From contig NMRA01000337.1 in NCBI GenBank assembly GCA_002633005.1, positions 372,001 to 436,000 on the forward strand: 64,000 nt of DNA, given 5' to 3'. The notes beneath the pieces were generated by a model that saw only the letters and a program-made list of their open reading frames with translations, ran no database searches and was not told the DNA's origin. This document shows, piece by piece, positions 24,174 through 36,636 of this stretch. Position numbers and translations under genes: made by a program. The DNA is from Phoronis australis. Taxonomy: Eukaryota > Animalia > Phoronida. Every line of letters begins with the position of its first letter. The stretch's first letter is position 1.

Positions 24174-26310
24174 CTACAATAAGATGTCATGATTGTTGAA
24201 GTCAGGCAACATAAAACTATAAGTGCCCGGGTAAGACAATTGGAACATACTTTTATAGGGATTTTAAGCCTACAAAAATGAAATTTGATGATTTTTTGTG
24301 ATTACCGAGTAAATATCACAGTCAAATATGACTTCTTAAACAACTGCATTTTATAGAAAAATCAATTAGTCGAAATTTGTGGATTTCCAATACCGAAAAA
24401 TCACATAATTTACTGCTTATCGTTACTACATTATTTTGCAGATAGAGGGCACAGTTGGTGAAAGACTACATTGCAGTACTTGCTATTAAGATCAAACTGT
24501 GAGNNNNNNNNNNNNNNNNNNNNNNNNNNNNNNNNNNNNNNNNNNNNNNNNNNNNNNNNNNNNNNNNNNNNNNNNNNNNNNNNNNNNNNNNNNNNNNNNN
24601 NNNNNNNNNNNNNNNNNNNNNNNNNNNNNNNNNNNNNNNNNNNNNNNNNNNNNNNNNNNNNNNNNNNNNNNNNNNNNNNNNNNNNNNNNNNNNNNNNNNN
24701 NNNNNNNNNNNNNNNNNNNNNNNNNNNNNNNNNNNNNNNNNNNNNNNNNNNNNNNNNNNNNNNNNNNNNNNNNNNNNNNNNNNNNNNNNNNNNNNNNNNN
24801 NNNNNNNNNNNNNNNNNNNNNNNNNNNNNNNNNNNNNNNNNNNNNNNNNNNNNNNNNNNNNNNNNNNNNNNNNNNNNNNNNNNNNNNNNNNNNNNNNNCC
24901 CCCCCCCCCTCCCGACCTCGCCCCGCTCTGCGCTACACGCCTAGGATTCGATCTTGGCGGGAATCCTAAACCCCCCCTTGCTGAAAACGTAGATCCGCCA
25001 CTGATGTTATTGAAGTTTCCTGATTCACTTCTCACTGAATGGATTTCCAGGAGTTCACAGACATTCACCGCAATTTCACAGGTGATAACCGACAGACAAC
25101 TTGTGTTAACGTGAGATATAAAAGTGCTTACCATAAAATGACACAGTAAAAATCAATGGCAAATTATTATAACACCTTCCGCTTTCTGGAAAACTTGATA
25201 TTAGTCTAATAAGTAATTTGGCTTGATATTGAAATATTGGGGGAGGACCCAGTGTCATAATCAATACAACCCTGCACATATACCAAAAAGGTATCAGACA
25301 ACCATGATTTCATGACGTTGATTTGATGTCACCTTGATTACAAAACAGCCCATGAGACTCTCATTAAACAGACAGGTATGGATAAATGTGCCACTGTAAT
25401 ACAGTCAAGACAATCCAGCTAGATCTGAAGTATTGACAAAATGTCAATTGTAATCCCAGCAAGGAACATTGTTGAGATTAGTATCATAACAGCAAGGGGT
25501 CTATGTACATAAAATGTAAAATGCTATTTTTTGATGGATGGAGGTTTACAGCAGCTTTAAAGGAAATTACAAGGTACGATAATTTCTTTCTAAGAATCAT
25601 ATGCCATAGGCAAAATTGTTTCCCAAAAAGTCCTGCATTAGGGTCAAGTTTTGAGGCTGACCACAGAGTGATGTCATTGTACCCATATCTAGGATGAAGT
25701 TTCCCCAGGGTCAAATCGGAAATTGAAATGTCATTAACCATGCTTTGTCCATAAATAAATTTTGAATCAGGCCATTTAGTCATCAAGCCCAGAAACCACC
25801 CATTTTGAACCACAAGGTCGTCCCGGATTACATGGTGATCGAGCTCTCCTCTGTTCTGGAGATAAAAAAGAAAAACGTGTGACCTAGTTTTGAAAATCAG
25901 ACACATTTTCCTGTCTCTCATAGATGTCGGGAAGGTAAAGAATTTTAGATCACGCATCCACGGGGAATTGTCCAGTTTATCAAAATTTTTCGCATCAGAG
26001 TTGCAACGCATGGCACAGCAGCAATACTTCAATGGCACTGGTGTAACGAATAGAGTAATGCAACTGAGAAAAACTTGTAAAGAATCAGACAGCAACAAAT
26101 AACTCCAGTGGCACGAAAACGAGGTAGCAAAATGAGCCAGACGGATGTTTACAGCACTATGGGTAAATACAGCAAGATTGGAGTGTCGCTGTGTAATCAG
26201 GGACAGCCCTATTGTAAACTCAATTTCAACAGTGAGTGCATGGCTAAAATCAAAACAGAATGCATGGGTTTATGTGGCTTTAAATAATATGGGCTAAGAT
26301 AAAGACGTAC

Positions 26311-26475
26311 ACATGTTCTCCTGCATGCTGGTCTTGTCCTGCTCCCAGTCATCAGTTTCCAGTTCAATGGCGTACGCGAGTTCCCTTAACGCACATTGTG
26401 AGCACTGACTGCAATAGGATTCCATGTCAGTCATACTCACAGACGAGATATTATGTGAACCCACAGTCTTGCTAT
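26311..26475 (-). CDS. Cav3: Cav3 distal I-II linker exon (DSKTVGSHNISSVSMTDMESYCSQCSQCALRELAYAIELETDDWEQDKTSMQENM)
   Basis: Acceptor ttttttctacag; phase 1/1 compatible with neighbours; donor T|gtacgt. Confidence 0.75.
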
Positions 26476-26779
26476 CTGTAGAAAAAAGGCAGTCAATGAC
26501 TTGATTTGGCAAAGTTAGAACATTCAACATTATTCGTTCATAAATGAGAAGGTGTTTGACTGATCGGGGCAATTCACGCATGGTTTTCAATTACTTACAT
26601 CAATTTTATTGACTACGGGAAGGCATTTGACAGTAAAAACTGTGCTCTTAGCCATATTTTGTTGACTGTAAGAAGAATTGTGTGGTTACATTATCTAGCT
26701 TACACAAAAATGTTTGACTGGTTAAAGACAATAATTACAATTGGGAGTAAAAAAGTAAAAAGCCACTTTTCCAACACAC

Positions 26780-27509
26780 CTTTGTCAATGTTGAGCGAGG
26801 AAAGTTTGTTGATGTCACAGTCACCATTAGTCAGGGCACCAGGTGACCCCACACCACATGTTGGCTTACCAGATGACAACATATCTGGAACAGCTAACTT
26901 ATCTCCATGGTAACTGTTCACTGATGGAGGGTGACTAGGAAACGGAGTAAGGAAGCGCGGAGATGACGATCGGGATATAACATTTATTCGCGAATCCAGC
27001 TGTCCATGGGTATATAGAGCATCAGGATGAGAGTGAATAACTTCCATACATGGCGTCTTACTATAGGACAAGACTGACACAGTGTCAATATCTGATGGTT
27101 CTGGACTAGCTGTTGGTGCCACCAAGTGTGCGACACCATGGTGAGGGTGACGGCAATGATTGACATGATGGTGACGGCATTCACCAACAGTCTGTCCTTT
27201 ACAGCTACACTTCTTTGTTACACTAGTCCGCCTGCAAAGAGCAAACGCCTTCTCAGGAGTCACTCTCTGCTTAGTCTGAGGTTTGGTAAAGTGTTTCTTG
27301 AGGCGTCGTCTCATTCGGCGCCATAAGTGTCCAATATACTTTAATATCTCACTGTAACAGCCAGTAGGCTCACCAGCACTAGCCAGAGTGCTGGTTGACA
27401 TGTATCTCTTACGCTCCAACTTCATTCTCTCAGTCTCACGTTTTTTGGTGGCAGAGAATTGCGTCGCTATGACTACCAAACATAAGTTTATCATAAAAAA
27501 TGAACCAAT
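26780..27509 (-). CDS. Cav3: Cav3 exon, IS6 end + I-II linker with gating brake, His-rich tract and APTASPE motif
   Basis: [29 protein letters not shown]...[16 protein letters not shown]; donor AAAG|gtgtgt phase 1. Confidence 0.93.
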
Positions 27510-28979
27510 CTGAAAAAATAACAATAATAAGATATAGAACAAGTGAACAGTTCAGAAGACAACAGAAATTTTTTGGAATGATGGAATCATTCATCCTCAG
27601 GCAAAAAGAACTCATACAAAATTTAAAAAATCTTGTTTATCATGATATCCCAATGGTACATCTGAGTGTGTTTTACTGTCCCATTCTTGATCCAGAGAGC
27701 ACTCATGCACGCTCAATGCAGAGCATAGGTTTATGGGATAGGATTTAGTCAATCCATAGACGCCAAGCTCAACTTGAAAACTGACAAATCGTGTGCCATG
27801 TTTCAAGTAATTTTTCCAACTCTAAGTGATGTGATTGGTCAACTATTTACTCAACAAAATCCCGTCATCTTTTGTGCATACAGCATCTCATGCTATCCGT
27901 AAAAAGGTCAATTGTAGCGTGAGAATGGCAGATATTGCCATGGAAACCTGTCATGACTTAAACATTTTTATTAAAATAAAATAAAACAAAACAAAAATAA
28001 TCTAATGAGAGTTTTGTCACATAATTATTTGTATAGTTATCATTGTTAAAAAGTTTAGTGTTCATCAATCCAAATAATATCATAAATTTTACAATCAAAA
28101 AACAACATTCAAGACAGCTGTAGCTACGTAATATGTTGGACTCAAGCAAAAATGGCCAAATTTGGTGCCAACTTTGTAACATATCTCAGAAATGGCCGAT
28201 CACATTAAAATGAAACGTTCACTTCTTATGCTGCTGTTTTGCTGCATTTTACTTAAGACATGATCACATGACTCAAGACATGGTCACATGACTCAAGACA
28301 TGGTCACATGACTCAATCAATTGGAGGTTGGTATAAAGACAAAAATCTAATTCTACAGGCTTTCTGCTTTTAGGAAATTATTTTTCCCCCAGTTAAATCG
28401 AATAGTTTGGTAGAAATTTGGAGGAATGGACAGATTTGTCAGTGAAGTGCTACATAACCTTAAAATATTTCTGCTTAGGATACACCTCATATAGCACTTG
28501 GAATGTCATATATGTACCAATGTCTGAAAGCAACTACTACGAAAGTTCAGTTTCCATCTGTTGTACAAGGAACAATCCAGCAAATTCAATCATAGGCCAA
28601 CATTTACATATTTCAACTTCCTAGTGACCTAAAAGGAACCAGATTTACGGCAACTAGAGAAACAATTATCATTCGTGGTAAGCAATTCTGAGAACACCGA
28701 AAGCACTCAAAATATCAACTCAAAACTTAAGACCATATAGGCAAAAAAGATTTGCCTATTTTTATAATTATTTTGTAACTGATACCAAGGTTTGCATCTT
28801 GGTAATTTGTAAAATTATGGCAAAACGTCTTTGTTTTAGAACAGATTATGGTGAACACGTGGACTTTTATCTTGACAAAAATTTCAAAAAGAGGCAGTAT
28901 TGAGAATTAATACATCATCATTAGCATAATTTGAACTGTGAAGTTGCCACGAAACAACACATAGTAGACTTTTGAACAT

Positions 28980-29207
28980 TCACGAGGAAAGTCTACCTCA
29001 GATGGATGTTATTTTTCATCCAGGAAAGTCTACCTCAGATGGATGTTATTATTCATCCAGGAAAGTCCACCTCAGATGGATGTTATTATTCATCCAGGAA
29101 TGTCTACCTCAGATGGATGTTATTATTCATCCAGGAAAGCCTACCTTAGAAGGATGTTATTATTCATCCAGGAAAGTCTACCTTAGATGGACGTTATTAT
29201 TCATCCA
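28980..29207. repeat. 37-bp tandem repeat, about 6 copies
   Basis: Unit ccaggaaagtctacctcagatggatgttattattcat. Confidence 0.95.
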
Positions 29208-29432
29208 GTTAAGTCTTTGATTCAAAAAATTGGGATAATTTAGACAAGTACGTTTGTCATCAAGCAGCATAATTGGCACACTGCAGGAGCGAATCTACGA
29301 TCATGACCAAAGGGGTGAGAATGTTTGATAATGGACAAATATAGGAGGAAAATTACAACAGCAAAACTGTCAAACTAGAAGAGTTCCGAATTTTTGAAAC
29401 CGTGACTACACTGAATTCTTTAACATACTTAC

Positions 29433-29525
29433 CACAATAAGAGTAACGAAATAAATCCACACCCAGAAAGAGTGAGCGTCTTGTACATAGTACATTATGT
29501 CAACCCAGCCTTCCAGACTAATCAC
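29433..29525 (-). CDS. Cav3: Cav3 exon, domain I selectivity filter + IS6 start ([31 protein letters not shown])
   Basis: Read by hand; 93 nt, phase 0/0, acceptor tcacag, donor GTG|gtaagt; filter Glu present. Confidence 0.97.
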
Positions 29526-30595
29526 CTGTGACAAACACAGCAACATTCTCATCTCAGCAATAGACAATGACATCACGAAAACAAAAAAAGAAAATCCACC
29601 ATTCCTTCCCCCAATTACGACTGTATCCTCCCAGTTTGTTTCCCTTCAGAAAGCTGGAAACAACCTTTTCTGGCGTTACTCCGACCCCCATTCACGTCCC
29701 CATTCTCTTATGTCACGGACATATGTCAAACATTCTCAGCATCGAAATGACAATAAATTGTGATACATTATAGAATTCTTGGAATGTTTGAGATTCATGA
29801 AGAAGTAGGAATCATCACTAGCCAATCATTCAGTTGAAATTTTGTGTGAAAAAACTGTGAACCTCGCCTAGTTTTTGGGGTCGTAAATTTCCTTTTTACA
29901 GGAGTACTTCTAGCCAGCACACTACATTTCTGAACAATTTTGTAATACTCCAAGTACAGGAATTGCTGATGAGACTACAACTAAAGCACATTACACAGTG
30001 ATATATTGACACTAGTAAGTGTAAGGCCATAACACTGTCACACATTTTCACATTACAACATTATCTACACAACACAATAACACATTCCTTGAGCAGTGAC
30101 AGCACTAGACGCAAGTTACCAACTACATATTAATTAAATTTTTGTTTGGTAATTTGATACGATGTAGTGATTTTCTGAACAGTTGGGTAATGAAAAACAC
30201 ATGCCATTGCACATCCTTATTTTTGAGGAAACAAACCAACATCATTGAAAACAAACTTACGGTACTTAGAAACAACCACATGAACTCATTTACAGTCCTC
30301 AGTGCACAGGACCACGAGAGGTGAGTGCGGCTAGCACAAGATTCCATCCTCAGGGAGCCAAATCTTGAAAACTGAGGATGCCAATGGAAATTTTTCACCA
30401 AGACCACCAAATCACCAATAAAATGTGACCCAACCACCCTTTGGCAAAATTATATCTTACGGTAGTCTTATTTCAGTCAAAAATGGTAGCATATTTTTGC
30501 TAAAAAATGGCTGCATTAAAAGCTACATCCCTGTGTATCAGTAAGCCAAAGTATCCCCCGGGGTTACTATACAGTTGACGGGTTTCATACTTTAC

Positions 30596-30884
30596 CTGAA
30601 ATATTGCAATCCAAGCTAGTCCGATATTATCAAATGCCACACCCCCCTGGAAGGGGTTCATTTCTGTTGACTGACACGTGTTGTAGTACTGATTCCAGTT
30701 GACACAGGAGTCGTTATATAAAGTATTGCTGTAAAAGTAGTCTACGCTCTCGTTACATTTCACTCCATTCCACCGGTATGTAGGGATATCTTTACAGTGC
30801 ATGATTCCACCATCCCCTTCTTTAGCACATATAAATTCAGTGTCGATCCTTTCTGGTATAAAATATGATCGCAAGTTGTACATG
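30596..30884 (-). CDS. Cav3: Cav3 exon, domain I turret and P1 helix (…CVNWNQYYNTCQSTEMNPFQGGVAFDNIGLAWIAIFQ)
   Basis: Cav3-specific CVNWNQYY motif; phase 2/0. Confidence 0.97.
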
Positions 30885-31923
30885 CTGTAAAAAATCAACA
30901 CAATCAACTGAAAAAATAGTCAAGCTGTTCATTCCAGTCACAGGCAAAATGTTTTGTGAGATATTACAACAAATGTATACTTGTTATGTTGTGCTGGCCC
31001 ATAAAAATAGCAAAAATGAAGTAGCAGATGACATTAACCCATAAACGAACTTTGTTTTCGAAAATCTGTGCTACGGACAACACTCAGGTGTTTGTAAGAA
31101 CACAACCGTGAAGAGTGAAGGTGGGGGTGAATTGCCTTAATGGATAAAACAGACTTAAACACACAAGTCAGGTCGATGCTCAATCTGAAGAGTTCATCAT
31201 TAGGTAAACAGAGGTGTGTCATGTACAAGACACACTATAAGACTAGCCTGTACCATTATTTTACACAGATGTTGACTGGGAATCCTAGGCTCAAGTCATG
31301 GCCAACTAAATATACAAAAAAGCAACTTATAAATGGCATAAATGCTGATGGAATTGAAATTAAATGTCCCCAGTGTGCTGACAATACTACTTCATTTTTA
31401 CAAGATTGAAATTCACGTAGAAATTGTTTTAAAAGCATTTGGGTTATTGCCTGGTCAGCAGCTGAAGGGGAAGACGTGTGAAGACCTGTATCTACATCCT
31501 AAGAAAGATTGTCCTGGCCTGCTTTATGGTTTTAACAAGAATGGCAAACCAATCACAAACCGGGGAATATTTTTTGCTGCAGTAAACAAGAGAACAATTT
31601 GTTAAACTTTCAACTCAAAATTAAATCGCTTTGCCTGTAGATGTTGCTAAATGTCTTTGCCAGGCACAATCAGTGCAGCTAAACTTTGTCAACTTGCTCA
31701 GGTGATCTAATATGAGCAATTTAAGGAAGGTGCACATAGAACAAAGATAAAAATGGTACCAAGGAGTGTAGAGATACTACTACACTCCTTGATGGTATTA
31801 AGCAATTTTTATTTGGCAAGCTACCCCACACAAATAAAAAAGACGTGCCAGTGAACTACCATGAAGTGATGGTTTGTCAGTTCTTGACATAAATATTATC
31901 AGTAGCAGCCCTTTGTTAACACA

Positions 31924-32478
31924 AACTTCATTGAAAGCACAACTGGTCTTTTTGTTTGACAGCTTAATAGACTCGCTCGTAGTGTCTAAACAATATCATT
32001 TCTTCAGGCGTGCAGCGATGTAATAAAACACCGAGAGACATAACAGACAAATTAAAACACTAGCTATATTTCAAGATTGCATGTCTCATCAGGCAATGAA
32101 TGAAATGATTTTGGAATCCGTATTGATCAGTCATGAAAAACCTGTGTTGAATGAGCAGCTCACAGGTGTGTATCACACGCTGGCTCTGTTTCGTTAGGCT
32201 TGCGGGCTTCCTACCGTGTGCTGCATTCACACTCTGCTTGTACGCCCCTCTTTCTGCTCTTATGTATATTTCACTGTTTTGCTTCGTATATGTTCATTTC
32301 ACTCATAGCCTGATGAGACATGCAGTCTCGAAATATAGTCAATGTTTTAAGTTGTCTCTCTGTTATGTCTCTCGGTGTTTTACTACATCGCTGCATGCCT
32401 GAAGAAATGATATTGTTTCGACATTACGAGCGAGTCTGTATTAAGCTGTCAAACAAAAAGAACAGTCAATGAAGTTTC
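31924..32478. mobile_element. Long inverted repeat (~185-bp arms) carrying hammerhead-like motifs; probable Penelope-like remnant or foldback element
   Basis: 31924-32108 is the near reverse complement of 32294-32478; contains cctgatgag...cgaaa and cctgaagaa...tcgac. Confidence 0.6.
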
Positions 32479-34893
32479 TACAAATATTATGTATAAGTCG
32501 TTATATGTGAAATAGGTTACGTAATACTTTATTGGAAACAATGAAATCTTTAGTCTTTCCAAACTATATCTCAAAACATATGGGGTAGTTTGATCTTTAA
32601 ATTGAATGAGCGATATGTTTTGTAAATGTTGATATTTTTATCATGACATCCTAGTAGCGTGAGAAAAATATGGATTACCTACATAAGGTCATAATTATTG
32701 GAAATAAAAAATACTTTTTAACTCAGGAGGTAATGCAAGAATGACATTAAGCTTTCAAACTGGATAAATTAAGTAGTTTTGAAACAAGCAATTAAGTTGA
32801 AAGCTCAAAATAATACATCTTCTGAAACAAATGCATAACTTTCATACTCAAGGAAATAACTAATTTACTACATTTTCTATGATGAAATATTCTTCTTACC
32901 AAAACTGCTCTGCCTCCTTGACAGACAAATACTCCTCACAACTAATTAAACAGATTTATGTTCTTCCACACAGACTGTTATCGGACATCCTTTTGCTGGA
33001 ACCCTTTAATGTCATTGTATTTATAGAATGGTATTTACACATACTGTCTTGAAAAGGTGAAATAAATAAATAGGGCCACGTGTGCATCTTGTGGAGATGT
33101 TGAAACCATCAAAGATATACTTATTGTCAATGAATGTAGAAATGTGATTTTGTGAAAATGTTGCATTACGAGAGCCAGAAACTTTTAGTTTATTTAACTA
33201 CAAAATGTAACTTAATCTTTGACAAAAATGTAATTTTGACAAAATATTTTGGAAATAATTTTGAGGAAATTTAAACTGTATTTAGGATTATGAATAGGTA
33301 AATGCTCTAGAGATAAGAATATCCCCATGTAACTATTATCTGTAGAAAAACTTAATTTCAAGATATGCGCAACAGCCGTGTATATCAACAGTTTTTCGGA
33401 AATCCTTTGCATATAAAATATTTATCTAAAGCAACTATTTAACTAAGATGCATGTGTGAGTGTACATGGTGTTTTTTTGTTTTGTTACAAACATGCATAT
33501 GTTTCAGTTGATGTAGAAATAAAATAAATAAAAGACTTGCACCTATGATTTACATAAATTTTGTAGCGCTTTACACCTGCTGCTTAAGTGAAAGGTATGA
33601 GCAATGGTACACCGCCAAGCCACGCCATAACCTCGTTAGCATCAACACACCTTTACAAATGAGTTTCTCACCTGGCTTTCTTCGTATGCACAAGGTTTAA
33701 GCTCCTTGAGATTTACTTAGAAAAGACTTATGTCAAGAATTGAGACTAAAATCAATTGTGAAGGCCAGGTTTTATATTTCCCACCATTCAAGAGTGTTTG
33801 CCACATTTGCAATGATCAATTAGTCTTGACAGACACAGCACTGCCCGGCCTGTCTCCAAGGGCTACAGAACAGTTGTCAACAAATGTCGGAGAAAGACAA
33901 TCAGAGAACAGCATATGCAACGTTTTACTGATTAAAAAATAAACTTTTAAACTAGGCCTTCTTTCATATTGTATTTTTGTGATCACCACGTGACGCTAGT
34001 TTTATCTTGCTTTGAAATTTTTGGCCACCAGGTGGTACTGCACATATGCTCACCTTAAGACATTCCATTCCAGTATAAAATTGCACAACAGAATTATTAG
34101 CAATGTTATAAGAATGAGTGAATTTCAACCACACACTGACCCAAATGGGCTGTGTGCAGCAACATCAAAGGCTTTGCGGGCACCTACACATGCAGCTGCC
34201 AGAGTGACCCATAATGCAGAATCAATGAGGTTTCTTTGACCGTAATGTTACCTGGTGGTAAACTGGTGAACAACCTTGCCCAAATTATTGTTGAATTCAT
34301 AAAAAGATGCCTGAACTTTCAACTGTCTGTAGGATGACTGATTGTAACAAGAGAAATGCAATGTGATCTTAATCCTGTTCTTAAGTTAAAACAAGCATCT
34401 TGAATTACATAGCCACACTTGAATCTCTTTTATTTAGCCACAATGCCATATGACAAGCACCTTCAGTATCTTATGTAATTAGTCGGTGTCTTGGTTTTTC
34501 CAAGTTTTTCTCGAGTACGTTACTGTATTCAACCTTTCGATGCCAGCAGTTTTGTGGGCTGCAAGTCCCTCAGTAAAAAGTTGGAAAAACTTGACAAGTA
34601 TGCATGGATACGTATCTTTGAGACTACCGTAATCCCCAAAATGAGGCCTACCTCCAGGACAAAGAGGAGTTCCATGCAGGATTATTGTAATGCTTAAATT
34701 AAAACTGGTTTACAATAAATTGGCTGGACTTCCCCCGATGGTCACAGTGCTTCAGTTACTGAAGCATTGTGGGTAGTTTTCAAGCCTATAAATCATTTCT
34801 AATCTGAGTGCAGAATTGGTGACACTCATTCCCTTATGGAAAGAGGCACAAATTATAAGTACTTTTTACAGACGCCCCATTAAAATGAATTAC

Positions 34894-35065
34894 CTTGCAT
34901 AAGAAGAATTGTTGTCGAGGCTGAAGACACACCGTTGCCTCAGTAGCCCAGCCCACAGCTGTACACCGATGATACCGAATATGAAGAAGACAAAGAAACA
35001 CAGGAGAAGAACGTTACCCAACATTGGAAGTGTGTCCAAGAGTAACATTACTAATATACGGAGGC
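34894..35065 (-). CDS. Cav3: Cav3 exon, IS4-S5 linker and IS5 ([57 protein letters not shown])
   Basis: Very close to Cav3 consensus; phase 1/2. Confidence 0.97.
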
Positions 35066-36538
35066 CTGCAACACAAGGCAAAGCTTGGTTAAAAACATTT
35101 AGAATACCAACACAAAGCGCCTTCAACAGCACTTCAACATAAAAAGACTAGAAGTGCCCTCTACAGCATTCCTTCATAAACAATACTATGAATGAATTAA
35201 GAGCTACCTGTGAAAAGTCTTTACAAAAACAATGCTCTTTTTACCTTGGGAAACATCACTTCTAAAAACCAAACTTAACACCACAATGGCTGCACTTGGG
35301 TTTACTGGTTCTGCCAGTCAATCAGCCAAGACATCTGATTGGTCTGTAAGCCCAAAGTCCTCATCAAGAACCAATCAGATGTCTCGGTGGAACCGATGAA
35401 GTTAATCGAGTGCAGCCAACGCAGCCCAGTATAAAAAACTTCACACAATAATTAACGGATAGCTTGTGGAAGTTGAGAGTTCTAGTGACATAGAAGCATT
35501 AAGATTTGGATGGTAACTAAAAGACATTGTTTTACAAACTTGCCCCACACAAAACTAGGTAACTTTCTCATTTTAATGGCATTGCAAATTAAACATTTCA
35601 TTTCAAGACACCTAGACATCCCTGACCCATCAGATGAAAATTTAAGGAAAATGATTAATTTAACTATAAACTCTACCCCAAAGTTATCCCCTGAGAGTCA
35701 AAAATTTTGCAATTCCCACAAGACACCATGACTTTCATTTTGCCTCCCACCAATTCCTCACACAATTTCATGTTTCCATCTGCCATTCCCCCAATAATTT
35801 CAGCAATCAAAAATAGATCAAAAATCAAGTTCCAATCATTTATAAATCGATTTGTAGCCAGTCATGCAACATTCCCAAGTTTTCTGAAGCCATGTGTACA
35901 TATGTAACCCTTCCTATAGCCCAGGTGACACATGCATAATTATGACATGTATTACCTTACAAGAAAACTGTCTACTGATAAGAGGCTCTCTTAAATTTAG
36001 AACAGTCAAACTTCTGAGAAAGAGGTCAAATTTCACCATCTGTGACAACAGGGATGACTACAGTATATGGCAAAAGTAATCAGACAAAATTATAGGGTGG
36101 CTGAGCCAATTTACTAACTTTCCTTTTAATTTCCCTTCATTCTCAGTCATGAGAGAAGACTAACTCTGAAGATAAGCCACCATGACCAAAAATTCCAGGT
36201 CATTTTGTCTAAATACTTTTGGCTCATACTGTATTTTTCTTTGCAGAAATGTTTCCAACACTGTATCTTAATGATCGAAACTTCAACATGCCTCAAAATT
36301 TCAAGGACACTACTTTCAGTTAACAAATTTCCACAACCGAAAAGATGTTGTATGATTAGATGATTCTTAATGTGATGTACAGAAATGCTAATAAGAAGTC
36401 AATAAAATCAAGACATTCAACGTGTTTCCATGGCGTCATGTTAAACAATATAATCATGCTCATTACTTTAGAAAATAAATATTCACAATAAATTCTGGTT
36501 ACATGAATAACAGAAAGGCTTTTCCAAACAAAACATAC

Positions 36539-36636
36539 TTGGTATTCTGTTGATAGCACGAAGTGGACGCAGCACCCTAATTGTCCGAATTGCCGTCAGA
36601 CTAAGGTTTTCTGTGGCCACCGCGTATTCAATAGTC
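36539..36636 (-). CDS. Cav3: Cav3 exon, IS3-S4 loop and IS4 ([32 protein letters not shown])
   Basis: Read by hand; 98 nt, acceptor aatacag, donor A|gtatgt, phase 2/1. Confidence 0.96.

Larger units (their letters stand above)
1693..36636 (-). other. Cav3: T-type voltage-gated calcium channel alpha1 gene (Cav3; CACNA1G/H/I family), partial span from the IS3-S4 loop to the II-III linker
   Basis: Chain of phase-consistent GT-AG exons with Cav3 hallmark sequences: [61 protein letters not shown], gating brake, [45 protein letters not shown]. Confidence 0.97.

Noticed and set aside
24466-25134. Long ORFs crossing N runs (also 62367-62993)
   Set aside because: Artefacts of assembly gaps
25484-26098. 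204-aa minus-strand ORF in the Cav3 I-II linker intron, with a good acceptor at ~25856
   Set aside because: No recognisable homology. Joining it to the phase-1 upstream donor creates TAA, and the flanking exons already join in frame without it.
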